Shown here in pieces: positions 10,901 to 21,225 of a stretch of DNA of 64,000 nucleotides. Position numbers and translations under genes: made by a program. Position 1 is the first letter of the stretch, and every line of letters begins with the position of its first letter. The stretch is from Nemertoderma westbladi (Eukaryota; Animalia; Xenacoelomorpha): positions 62,001 through 126,000 of the forward strand of contig JAUCBJ010007477.1 of NCBI GenBank assembly GCA_032718475.1, given 5' to 3'. The notes below the pieces were generated by a model. The model was not told the DNA's origin. It did no database searches and was given only the letters and a program-made list of their open reading frames with translations.

Positions 10901-11909
10901 TAATCGCTAACACCCACTCTGTTGGATAATCTTTGTTCCCGTTGTCAAAAATGAAATGACTCATATAATTTTTGTACGATGAAGTACGGTTTTTGTGATC
11001 TTTCACTTTGCTACTAAATTTTGCGGATATAATTGCCCATTTAAAACAGTCATTATCAGACGATTGTACATTTATAACACATTGTTTACCTGTTAGAGCC
11101 TTAGGTAATTCCATATATCCATGCCCCTTATATAGTAACGACCTACACTTAGATGCAGCTAATTTAATTTCAACCCTTAATAAAGATTTAATACGCCATC
11201 CCGAACCACGTGTGTTAAAGATGGCTATTTTTTGTAATATATTTCCCAGCACATACTCAAACCAAGTGTCAAAACTTTGCGGTGAATCTACAGTATTAAT
11301 AGCACCACCGGAAGAATTAAAATCAAAGGTTTCCAATTGCTCACCTTCTGAAAAATGTGATCTGTACATTAATACATTTAGACCTAACCACAGTCTAAGA
11401 ACATTCATTTCTTTCAATCTATCTAATATTAACTGAAGAATATTACCTCGAATTTGCGTTACTGCTGTTTCTACATCGGGATAATCTCTAGAAGTTGGGA
11501 GGTCATGGACATAAATTGCAAGACGATTATCGTGAGCTTCTTGTTCCCGCGTAAAAATTGTTGCGCATGTACCAAGAGCCACCCTTAAGTTTTTTCTGGA
11601 TATTATATTTTTATGTTGCGGAAATTTACGCTTTCTTGTGTAGTAACATTTCAAGTGACAGTCGTGTCGTATATAATTCTCATATGTATACTCTTTATTA
11701 CAGGTAGAACAAGTCAATTGATAGGTGCGGAAGTCCATTTCTTTACAACCAGTAGTCGATTCATGTCGTTTACAAATTTCGCTGCATGAAGTCACAACAT
11801 GACACTTAAAACAAGAATAACTTTCAAAATGTGACCATAGGTGGTGTAAGTAATTATGTCTAGTTACATTCATATGACAGAATGAACAACATATTGTTAT
11901 TTTATCCAT
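7845..11909 (-). pseudogene. Protein-primed DNA polymerase B, lineage A (single frame, two nonsense codons)
   Basis: ExoI YFDIE, ExoII HNSSNYD, ExoIII YLKLD, motif A DFNSLY, motif B KLLNNSLFGK, motif C SDTDS and RAKG. The N-terminus has Zn fingers, RGSGW, CFKWA..HY and an endonuclease VII-like C..C..RHHSHITG..ACNSCN. The three track ORFs are in frame, separated by TAA (9801-9803) and TGA (8667-8669). Confidence 0.95.
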
Positions 11910-12165
11910 GTTGAAGTTTGTTAGTTTGTTTAGATAAATAATAATAATAATAAAATATCTCCAAAGATTAAAATGAAATGAAATGAAATTAAATGTTATT
12001 GACTACATCTAAACATTTATATGCTAGCGAGGGAAATAATTTTAAACCAATCACAAATCACCAATCGCTTATGACTATTGGAAACCGCAAAGAGTTTAAC
12101 TTATGATTAGGCTTACATGTTAGGATAATAATCTGGTTTCCATGGAGAATTAGTAACAGGCTCTA

Positions 12166-13176
12166 CTAGAACTGGGTTACTGACAACTTCTGTTTCTTTG
12201 CAGGTGATGCGTTGGTAAATTTACTCGATGATCTTGGCTTCCGAGGTAATATTTCAGGAAAGACCTGTTGCGGTTGAGAGCAAATCTCTTCAACATCCGG
12301 ATTAGGTGATGGGATCTCTACAAAAGCTTTAGGTTTATCCAAAAGGACAAAACCGTCAACATGGGCTTCAGTAAGAGAAACGCCATCCAGTGATTCTTTG
12401 AGAAAACTAATATGGGCTTTATCATTCAAGTAATGCAACTCGATAGAATTTCCGCCGGCACCTACTTCAGTAGAATTATCGGTGTTGGTGATAATAATTT
12501 TTTTATTATTGGTTTTAATCATTTTGAGACGGTCTGATAATTGAATGATATTTTTATCAAAAAGATGCTTGTCTGTTTCATCGACTTGGATGTCCCACTC
12601 TCGCAACAAAACGGTTAGTTCCTGTTTTGACAAATTGAAACCCGTATAATAGTTAAAACCAACACTATCAGTGTATCTGAGGCTGATTTTCCATAAGCCA
12701 ACATAGTTGGTTCCTTTAAAAGCTGTTACAAATCCAATAAACTCTGGATTTGATAATTCAATGTAGAATTGATCGCTAATAATCTCTAGCGGTGGAGAGA
12801 GAAATTGCAATAATTTCCCTCTGTATTGAATTAGAACTTCAGTAAAAGCTTTGTTGAGAACTTTACATTTGCCTTGTTTCTGAACGTAAACATCACCCGA
12901 TGTGGGGTTGATGGAAATATTCAAATTTCCCCGCGCAAAACGAAGAGTGGGATATATCCTACCTGGTATAATTGCTGGTCTGGATTGATGTTGGTTTTTG
13001 TTGGTTGTTTCTAGAATGTCTAACAAATAGCGGGTATCTTGATGGGAAAAACAAATTGATTCGTTGTCCTCCTGAGATTCCACAATAAAATACTTGCTGT
13101 GAACGACGGTACAAGTATATTTATTGTAAGTAAATTTCCAGCTATTTGTTGCTCCGGTTTTTTGCGTTAAGGCCAT
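12166..13176 (-). CDS. Hypothetical protein with PC4/p15-like ssDNA-binding domain and C-terminal NLS-like tract
   Basis: FVTAFKGTNYVGLW..YYTGFNLSKQEL resembles the PC4 V..FKG...I.I..G.SL..EQW pattern. Homologous to 28407-29729. Ends SPAKKQKL. Confidence 0.55.
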   Translation of the reverse strand: MALTQKTGATNSWKFTYNKYTCTVVHSKYFIVESQEDNESICFSHQDTRYLLDILETTNKNQHQSRPAIIPGRIYPTLRFARGNLNISINPTSGDVYVQKQGKCKVLNKAFTEVLIQYRGKLLQFLSPPLEIISDQFYIELSNPEFIGFVTAFKGTNYVGLWKISLRYTDSVGFNYYTGFNLSKQELTVLLREWDIQVDETDKHLFDKNIIQLSDRLKMIKTNNKKIIITNTDNSTEVGAGGNSIELHYLNDKAHISFLKESLDGVSLTEAHVDGFVLLDKPKAFVEIPSPNPDVEEICSQPQQVFPEILPRKPRSSSKFTNASPAKKQKLSVTQF

Positions 13177-13273
13177 AATAATAATAATAAATACGAAAAA
13201 TATTACAAGTGATAAATTTTAAACCGTATCGCTGTAATAAATTGACACCATAGTTCTCACTCTAAAATTGTGA

Positions 13274-13433
13274 TGGTCGGAAGACGACACCAGAGAAAAA
13301 TGATGCTGAATTCGACATTAGGTATCGACTCAAAAACAAAAATCGGGTGAGACGCGTAGCTCAGATTTTCGTTTTTAGGTCGATACCCAATGCTGGAATC
13401 AGTATCATTTTATGTGGTGTCGTTTTCCGACCA
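13274..13433. other. Imperfect ~160-bp hairpin (inverted repeat)
   Basis: TGGTCGGAAGACGACACC..AGGTATCGAC..AAAAAC pairs with GTTTTTAGGTCGATACC..GGTGTCGTTTTCCGACCA. Confidence 0.9.
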
Positions 13434-13519
13434 ACAAATATACAACGAGTAAGATAATGTAGAAATTATTAAGGAAATAACACAATGTCAGAGTGAGAAC
13501 AAAAAAAATTAGATATGGT

Positions 13520-14461
13520 ATCAATATATTACCATAAAGATTACAAGTGATGAATTTTATTAAAAACATTCAGTTATATATAAATTTGTGATGGGGCATA
13601 GTCAACGAAGAAGAGTTGGGACGTGTCATAATCATCGACGAATAAGAAAAGAGATGAGGTGCAACGTGGTTGAATGGTTGGTTGGTTACGTGGATAGGAA
13701 ATATGTGAAAGAATATGAATCATAGGGTTGTGTATAATAATAATCAATAATTATTATAAAAACGCACAGTATAATGTTAGTAGTAGTAGTAGCCTTTCAA
13801 TACGGCACAGATGCTGCGGGATCGGTTAGCTTGAGTAACTACTTGGAAATGTTCGTATACGTTTAGCTGGAACGTGGCGGAATTTCATGCACATGTATCA
13901 TACTGTGTGGTTGGTTTGTTGGTTTGGCGACAGCAGTTGAGTAGCTCTATCAACGGAGAGACGTAAATCGTTGAGTTGGCAATCGATATAATATACTGTA
14001 ATATAACGACTTGGTATATGCATCGTGTAGATGGTCACGTTATCGTTTTAGTCACCATATACAGTATGTGGAGGTGGTAGCGTGGCGAAAAGGGGAATAA
14101 TTGGAGGGTGTATCGCTGTTGGTTGGCTGGTGAGTTGGGGGCTAGCCATGCGTCGAGAAGTTAGGCTACGCGAAGATGAATATGTAATGGATGGTTGTTG
14201 CAGCAGTGATACGAATCAATACTATCGGATGGTAGGTAGGTAACAGCTGCCGATGAGTAAGGTGGGCAACGCGAGGTTAGGCTACGTGTAGGTGAATACG
14301 CTACGATTGGTTGATGGTAACTACCTCGATGGTGACAGATGTGGCCAATTAAACACCGTAATTTAGCATCGGAATTTGGCGTTTTTAATAGTCCTCCGAG
14401 TGGTATGGCCATAGCCCAAGCTAGGGAGGACTTCCTCGGGGTCACCTCTTCTTCTACTACT
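13520..14461 (-). repeat. Polinton TIR (right end of element A)
   Basis: Homologous to 61770-62535 (direct) and to 41313-41830 and 63348-63905 (inverted). Homology stops at ACTACT, the reverse complement of the 5'-AGTAGT Polinton terminus. Confidence 0.85.
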
Positions 14462-15329
14462 TACAGCCTAAGTTCAATAAACCATCATCTTCGTTGTAGT
14501 GTATTGCCCAAAGCGCCCCAAGACCCATTAAATTATTTTTTAAACTCGATAACCCGAAAATATTTATTATATCTCCATAGAATTGGAAATAGCGACCTTT
14601 CTCACAATGTAGACGAATTTTTGATGTATGTTTTTGGTAGTTAAACTTAACATCTTTGAAACCGTGGTGGGATATTGAGGGATTTTTCAAATAAACACTA
14701 ATATGGTTTAAAATTGACTCAATAGAAGCATATAGCCCAAGATTGTATGGAGCTATATGAAATTCCAAATCCTCATCATACATATATTCACCAATTCTAA
14801 TTCCAGATCTTTGTTCAATATTTCTATAGGTCGACACATACTGTACAATGCACACATCTCCAACCAGACACTATATAACATTGGAGGTGTCTCATTGGTT
14901 CCCCCAAGCTTGACACTAGAACAAAATCGCCTCCGCTTTGCAGGACATTGCTTTCGCCGTGAGGACCAGCCTGTGCATAATCTTGTACTTTGGCAGCCTC
15001 ATGGAGTGAATAAGCATGGTGGACAGCCCATGACTTTCTTGAGACGCATCTTAAAGGACACTGGCCTTAAAGATGCGGATGATCTAGCAAATGTCATGGG
15101 TGATAGGGAGTTGTGGCGGTGCAATTTTGTTGACAAGCCGGCACAGCATTCTTAAAAATGCAGCTGCAATGCAGCATGCCGATCCTAGTAGTATTTCCTT
15201 TAGACCCACGACCCAATCTGTGCTGACGGGGATAGGTTTGGACAACTCAATCGTGAAATCGCTGGGAGTGTTATCGGGATATTTATCTAGACTGGCGTTG
15301 GAAGTCAACGTTAAATGTAAGTAATCCAT
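14462..15329 (-). pseudogene. Penton paralogue 1 of element B, split by a LINE fragment and truncated by the element A terminus
   Basis: MDYLHLTLTSNAS..YPDNTPSDFTIEL..WVVGLKEI, then the LINE insert, then GLYASIESIL..FGL. Confidence 0.75.
14835..15192 (+). mobile_element. 5'-truncated RTE-like non-LTR retrotransposon (3' end)
   Basis: HISNQTLY..RLRFAGHCFR..LVLWQP..DRELWR is the C-terminal tail of RTE-clade reverse transcriptases. Ends in a (TAG)n tail. Confidence 0.85.
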
Positions 15330-15343
15330 AATAATATAATTAA

Positions 15344-15998
15344 TTATTGTACGTGATCAACCCACCGATGTGCTGCAAAACCAACAAATTTAACCAAATA
15401 TTGCTTTTTGCCGCTTTTATTTACTTTTTCTTTAATTATTTTTTCAATTGGTAGGAATTGAAATGGTTCTATTACCTTTTGGATTTCATGTCGATAAAAT
15501 GTCCCCTTTATAACGCGCCCATTCGAGTCCACAACTTCGTACATAGGGTACGGCTCTCGATCCAATCTTATTCTATAAATTTCGAAAATTTCTACTGTAT
15601 AATTAGGTGTATAACCTTTGTCAAATGGCTTTCTAGCTAAACTCAGCCGCACCTTATCACCAACCTTGAAATGAACTCGACACTGTGCGCGACATTTTCT
15701 TTTATTGGGATGACCCACACTCCCATATAGTTTTAAAAATAGGTCAGTTTCATTCTTTTTATTGACAGAGTTTGGTGCCATACCAATGGTTCTATGTATT
15801 GAATTATTATATGCAACCAATATTTTTGGCAATATACTCATCCATTCTCTATTCTGTCTCCTCGTGAAAATTCTGTACATGCGAGATTTGAGGGTGTGAT
15901 TCAGCCTTTCACAGATACTAGCTTTAAATTGGCTAACTAATGTATAAAAATGAACATTATTATTCTGTAAGAAATCTTTCACCAATTTATTAACAAAC
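15344..15998 (-). pseudogene. Retroviral-like (rve) integrase with C-terminal chromodomain, N-terminal half deleted
   Basis: EFVN..KASICERLNHTLK..YNNSIHRTIGMAP..FKVGDKVR..KGYTPNYT.E.F..IEKIIK..YLVKFVGF..WV. Both catalytic Asp residues are missing. Confidence 0.9.
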
Positions 15999-16691
15999 TC
16001 AGGTGTGGTGTTGGTGAGGTGTGTTAGAGTTCATATTCGCGGGTTGATAAACAGTTTGCCCTAATGGGTTGAAAATATCACCCCTAACTCTTATACTATC
16101 ATCCGTTTTTTGATGAAAGTCTAAGAGAAGGTGTGTGAATGGTTTTTGTGTGGCGTCACTATATGCTTGAACAATAAAATTGCTATTTTTTGGGTACACT
16201 TGCCGCGCTATATAGCTTATTTGACTTGCGTCGCGGGGATTTTTTGTGAAAATACAATATTGGGCATTTAGACTTCTAGTCCGTGTTTCCGCCCCTTTAC
16301 TGAAGAAATTTTGTGTTATATAGATAATGAAACAGGAAGTATGATGGCAGGTTTTTGTGAAGCTTTCTGTCAAACTCTCATCACTCTTACTTTCGCTTAA
16401 CAAGTCGTCTATAATAATTAGATCGTTTTCGCGGAAAATAGAATTAATTTTTTGCGGTAAACCTTTGAATAGATGTGTTATACCCGGGAATTCTGGTGGG
16501 GTGGCGCCATAAAAGAATAATACACGGTTCGGGGTTATATCAAAAACTAATTTTTTATTTTTTACAATTTTTGATACCAACACTGTTTTTCCGGAAGAAC
16601 TTGGACCCGCAATAATCATGGCCGAACCCATCTTGAAAGAGGCGTCGTATGATGTGATTGGTTCCCGTGATATCGTCGGCTCTCGGGACAT
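15999..16691 (-). CDS. A32/FtsK-like genome packaging ATPase
   Basis: Walker A GPSSSGKT, Walker B LIIIDD, then IYITQN, RSLNAQY and KNPRD. Confidence 0.92.
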   Translation of the reverse strand: MSREPTISREPITSYDASFKMGSAMIIAGPSSSGKTVLVSKIVKNKKLVFDITPNRVLFFYGATPPEFPGITHLFKGLPQKINSIFRENDLIIIDDLLSESKSDESLTESFTKTCHHTSCFIIYITQNFFSKGAETRTRSLNAQYCIFTKNPRDASQISYIARQVYPKNSNFIVQAYSDATQKPFTHLLLDFHQKTDDSIRVRGDIFNPLGQTVYQPANMNSNTPHQHHT

Positions 16692-16708
16692 TGTTGATAG
16701 GTAGCCAC

Positions 16709-17170
16709 TCAGTAGATCGGAAACCTAGAAACTTGATGGTTGACGCGTGTGCCAGAGGTAGTAGGTCTATACCCCCGGCGGGATTGGGCTAATTTTCTGC
16801 CTCTTACAGCCGTTATTATGGGTGATATTTTCTGATAAGCGTTAAGCCCACTCATTAAACCAGAGATTAGTAGATTTATAAATCCGCCCCTTTGCACCAA
16901 TCGTTTACGATAAATTCGAATGGAATACTTGGCTTTTGGTTTTTTAGCGATCTCGCGTATTGTTTTTTTATGGCGTTTTAACCTCGCGATTGTTTGCTCA
17001 GGAATTTTTACGTTACCATTTAATACATTTAGAATAATATTAATTAGAAAACTTATAAGTTCGTCGGTTCCGCCGACACGTAAGAAGGTTTTTCTACAGT
17101 TGGGGGAGGCGTTAGATAAGAACATTAAATCCCCATCAAATTGTTTAATTAAAGCTTTGAGTGATTTCAT
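16709..17170 (-). CDS. Conserved Polinton virion protein with QRGG|F cleavage site and amphipathic helix
   Basis: LNVLNGNV.I...LKRHK..IR..A..LVQRGGFINLLISGL, located upstream of the ATPase. Confidence 0.7.
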   Translation of the reverse strand: MKSLKALIKQFDGDLMFLSNASPNCRKTFLRVGGTDELISFLINIILNVLNGNVKIPEQTIARLKRHKKTIREIAKKPKAKYSIRIYRKRLVQRGGFINLLISGLMSGLNAYQKISPIITAVRGRKLAQSRRGYRPTTSGTRVNHQVSRFPIY

Positions 17171-17329
17171 TACATATATTAATAACTTATATAAACGAGA
17201 ACAATAATAGTAAGTAATAAAACACCACCACCGTTATAAATAGTATCGATTATATGCGTGGGTGGGGTTTTTCACGCGATAAAACCGAGCAATTATAGAA
17301 ACCGGCACTCTTTAAAACCTAACATCAAT

Positions 17330-18770
17330 AATTAAGAACACAAATCCACGTTTAAAAAACCAAACGAGATCCCACAGGACAAACCTACAAAATTTCGAAA
17401 TTATTCAAAAATGAAACTTTTAATTTTTCGAAAAATTTTATGAAATTTCTAATTAAATATTACTACCCAAATTACTAATAAAATTCAAACTTTTTTAAGT
17501 TTTAACAGACTGACTGACTGACAGACCGACAGACAGACAGACTAGATTTATGTAAATGTAAAAACTGACATCAGAAATGAAATCAGCACCCCCTAAAACC
17601 CAAGACCATCAATAAAACACATTATATACAGTATATATATATCAAGGGAACAATGATAATATCCGCATTTAAAAACCAAACGAGATCCTAAAGGGCAAAC
17701 TTTCAAAATTTTTAAATTTTTCAAAAACGAACATTTTAATTTTTCGAAAAATTTTTATGAAATTTCTAATTAAATATTACTACCCAAATTACTAATAAAA
17801 TTCAAACTTTTTTAAGTTTTGACAGACTGGCTGACTGACAGAAAGACTGACAAACCGAAGACAGACAGACTAGATTTATGTAAATTTAAAACTGACATCA
17901 GAAATGAAATCAGCACCCTTGACAACCTAAGACTACCGATAAAACACGTTATATATATAATGTGAATAATGGTAATATCCACGTTTATTTAAAAACCTAA
18001 CGAGATCCCACCGGACAAACCTAAAACTGACACCAAAAAATGAAAAAATTAAATATTTCTACCTATTATACATTTTTATGGCGTTTTAACCTCACGATTG
18101 TTTGCTCAGGAATTTTTACGTTACCATTTAATACATTTAGAATAATATTAATTAGAAAACTTATAAGTTCGTCGGTTCCACCAACGCGTAAGAAGGTTTT
18201 TCTACGGTTGAGGGGGGCGTTAGATAAGAACTTTAAATCCCCATCAAATTGTTTAATTAAAGCTTTGAGTGATTTCATTACATATATTAATAACTTATAT
18301 AAACGAGAACAATAATTGTAAGTAATAAAACACCACCACCGTTATAAATAGTATTGATTATATGCGTGGGTGGGGTTTTTCACGCGATAAAACCGAGCAA
18401 TTATAGAAACCGTCACTCTTTAAACCTAACATCAATAATAATTAATAAAATATATTATATAACGCGAACAATGAATTAATTTTGACATACTGACGGACAG
18501 AAAGACCGACAAATAGACAGATAGACTAGATTTATGTAAATATAAACCGACATCAGAAATGAAATTGACGCCCTTGACAACCTAAGACTACCGATAAAAC
18601 ACGTTATATATATATATAATGCGAATAATGTTAATATCTGCGTTTATTTAAAAACCTAACGAGATCCCACTGGACAAACCTAAAACTGGCGCCAGAAATG
18701 AAAAAATTAAATATTAAATATTTCTACCTAAATGACTATCTAAATTACCAATAAAATTCAAAAACTTTGG
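17330..18770. repeat. Tandem ~330-bp non-coding units with (GACA/GACT)n, plus a duplicate of 16965-17335 at 18073-18440
   Basis: AACGAGATCC..CAAAC, AGACTAGATTTATGTAAAT and GACATCAGAAATGAAAT each recur three to four times. Confidence 0.8.
18066..18278 (-). pseudogene. Truncated duplicate of 16709-17170
   Basis: The first ~68 aa are nearly identical. Confidence 0.85.
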
Positions 18771-18779
18771 AAAAAATAC

Positions 18780-19274
18780 TCAAAATATCCCGGGTCTTGC
18801 CATACACACAACATTTCGTGTGTAAAAAACGCAAAATGTTATGATATTAGAACTAGTTTTACCCCGACGATAAAACTGCACAAGAATATTATTAAATAAC
18901 TCCGGCTCATATTTCACCTCCACATTATAATAATTATCTAAAAAATGAAACCCAACCGTTTTCATTAATTTGCTATAGTCTATGTCTAGATTGTTAATAA
19001 TATAAGTTTGGCTATTGATTGAAATAAAAGTTAGTTTATAATCAGTATGCTTATATATATACTTAATAATTTTTTTTATTTTAGGTGATTTACCGAGTAC
19101 AGTGACCTTACCGCTCGGGAAAAAGAGACACGTCCATCCGCAAATTTTGGCGATATATTGAAAAGGCTTTAAGATGAGTTTTCCATTTCGAATTCGTTTA
19201 GCCAGCACATCGAATGATATGCACCCATCACCCAACCTCAAACTTATATTACTGTTGACAACGCTAAAAGACAT
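18780..19274 (-). CDS. TBP-like protein, copy 2 (divergent)
   Basis: VVNSN..KPFQY..TCLFFPSGKVTVLG and SIN..YEPELF..FCVFYT. The start overlaps the pPolB stop; the 3' end may be truncated. Confidence 0.8.
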   Translation of the reverse strand: MSFSVVNSNISLRLGDGCISFDVLAKRIRNGKLILKPFQYIAKICGWTCLFFPSGKVTVLGKSPKIKKIIKYIYKHTDYKLTFISINSQTYIINNLDIDYSKLMKTVGFHFLDNYYNVEVKYEPELFNNILVQFYRRGKTSSNIITFCVFYTRNVVCMARPGIF

Positions 19275-21027
19275 CGCAATCCGCTATTCTATAATGGGCG
19301 GCAGGCATATAAAGCTTAGGAGCGGGCGCTTTACGATCCAAATGTGTTTTATAATGGCCGTAAGGTAGACTTTCATTAGTCGATGTGTAGTACCTTTTAT
19401 CTTCCCACAGTGTTAGCGATTTTTTTCTTTGTGAAACGGTGTATATTTTATGTAAATTAGATTGAAACCTTTGACTGTATTCGTAATGCTCGCTAACCTC
19501 GTTATATACTTTTAAATATGATTCGTGGGAGAGTTTCTTTTTTATAACCATTTTTCCTACGCCTTTAGCGGCACGTTTTGGAACTGACCCCCCGCGAAAG
19601 CTATAACATTTTGGTCTAAGTAAAATAACCTGGTCAAACGGGATAGACTTCCCTTCATCCTTTAAATATCTATATTTCCCTTTCTGTTCTACTGTATACA
19701 ACGGATGTGTAATAGGATAATTTGAACAGTCTAAAACTTTTTTTGATTGTAACGCAGATAAAAATTGGTGTTGGGATAAACCAACACACTGTAAAAAAAA
19801 AGAATCCGTGTCCCCACCTAACAAATTTATACTACAATTTAATTCGGCTTCCATGGGCTTTAACTTATCGTAGAAAAAAGTGTAGTAATCTAACTTTGAC
19901 AAGTCCAACACAGCTTGGCCTAAAAAAATAGGTTTATGCAAACAAACCGCAGTCTTAGATAGGACGTGACCTGATAATGAATCAGTGAACATAATTAAAT
20001 TTTCGTGATTCGGCTTGGATAATAATAAGTCACATTTCTCGATTGAATTACATAAGCGAAATGAGACACGGTCCCGTATATTCTCCATGCTTTTCCCGAA
20101 AAGCGCGCAATTTTTCTTTGCTGAGTGTTATATTCAATAAAATCCTTAAAAATGTAACCTTGCTTAAATCTAATAAGTTTATGAACTTTAATCAAGCGCA
20201 TACCATGATGAATATAAAAGCGCAATAATTTTAGATGCACACCGTACTCATACTTATCAAATTGGGTTAACATCAATTTTTTTGCTGGGCTATTGAAAAT
20301 TTTATCGCCATTATAATGTCGCCAAAGACTAATGCCTAATGTGTGGGCTGAGATACCTACTATCGAGTTTAATATGCTCCGGTGCAAATGGAAGCTCAGC
20401 TGTGGCATCATGAATAGTCATTGGGTATTCAAGGTCTACAATTGCGAAGTATCCATATATATCGTCAATTTCCAGACTCATGATATCGACACTATCAACA
20501 TCCAACCATTCAAAGTCAGAATAAGGAAGTTTCTCTGACAAAGAACCGCTATATAAACTGTTGAAATCTAAATTATATAAATGAGCTTCAGGTTTATTAG
20601 GGTCGTATGTTTCTGTGCCTGGTATATTCGCATTTGCCACATGAAGGTTGGTGTAAGAAACTCCACCCCTAATGGAATTTTCGAATGTTAAATACATTTC
20701 ATGGTCTGCAAGTATGGCGTCTGATTTGAGCCAAAATACCTTAGAATTACAAATGTGTACCTTACATTTTTCATTAGCTTATATTTATAAGCATCGCTTA
20801 AAAGTATGGTATTTTATTTCATTTGAATTTATACATCGCTTAAAAGTAAGCTATGTTTATGTAGTTGACATTAATAAATCGCTTAAAAGTAAGGTATTTT
20901 TTACAAGTTCTGTTAAAACATCGCTTAAAAGTAAGCTATGTTTATGTAGTTGACTTTATTAAATTGCTTTAAATATGGTATTTAATTGCAGTTCTGTTCC
21001 AACATTGCTTAAAATTGTTTGCAGTAA

Positions 21028-21225
21028 TATAGTTTAAAGTAAGCGATGTTTATACAGTGTCGTTTAAACATAGTTTAAAGTAAGCGATGTTTTTACAGTG
21101 TCATTTAAACATAGTTTAAAGTAAGCTATGTTTTTACAGTGTCGTTTAAACATAGTTTAAAGTAAGCTATGTTTTTACAGTGTCGTTTAAACATAGTTTA
21201 AAGTAAGCTATGTTTTTGCAGTGTT
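21028..21225. repeat. 41-bp tandem repeat (about 5 units), mirrored at 22880-23040
   Basis: Unit ATAGTTTAAAGTAAGC(G/T)ATGTTTTTACAGTGTCGTTTAAAC. Confidence 0.9.

Larger units (their letters stand above)
1..14461. mobile_element. Polinton/Maverick element A (left part outside window)
   Basis: Convergent gene arrays: + strand penton, core, MCP, protease, nuclease-like; - strand PC4-like, pPolB, TBP-like. Ends in a TIR terminating ...CTTCTACTACT at 14461. Confidence 0.85.

Noticed and set aside
7845-11909. Stop-codon reassignment or programmed readthrough in pPolB
   Set aside because: TAA, TAG and TGA all serve as true stops elsewhere in the window, and the paralogues have sense codons at these sites.
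13778-13792. (TAG)n run as an additional Polinton terminus
   Set aside because: It is internal to the TIR and absent from the homologous TIR at about 62030, so it is a local microsatellite.
14161-14445. ORF inside the TIR
   Set aside because: The frame is not preserved in the other three TIR copies.
21028-21225. CRISPR-like regular repeats
   Set aside because: Head-to-tail 41-bp units with no unique spacers, inside a transposon TIR, with no cas genes in a eukaryotic context.
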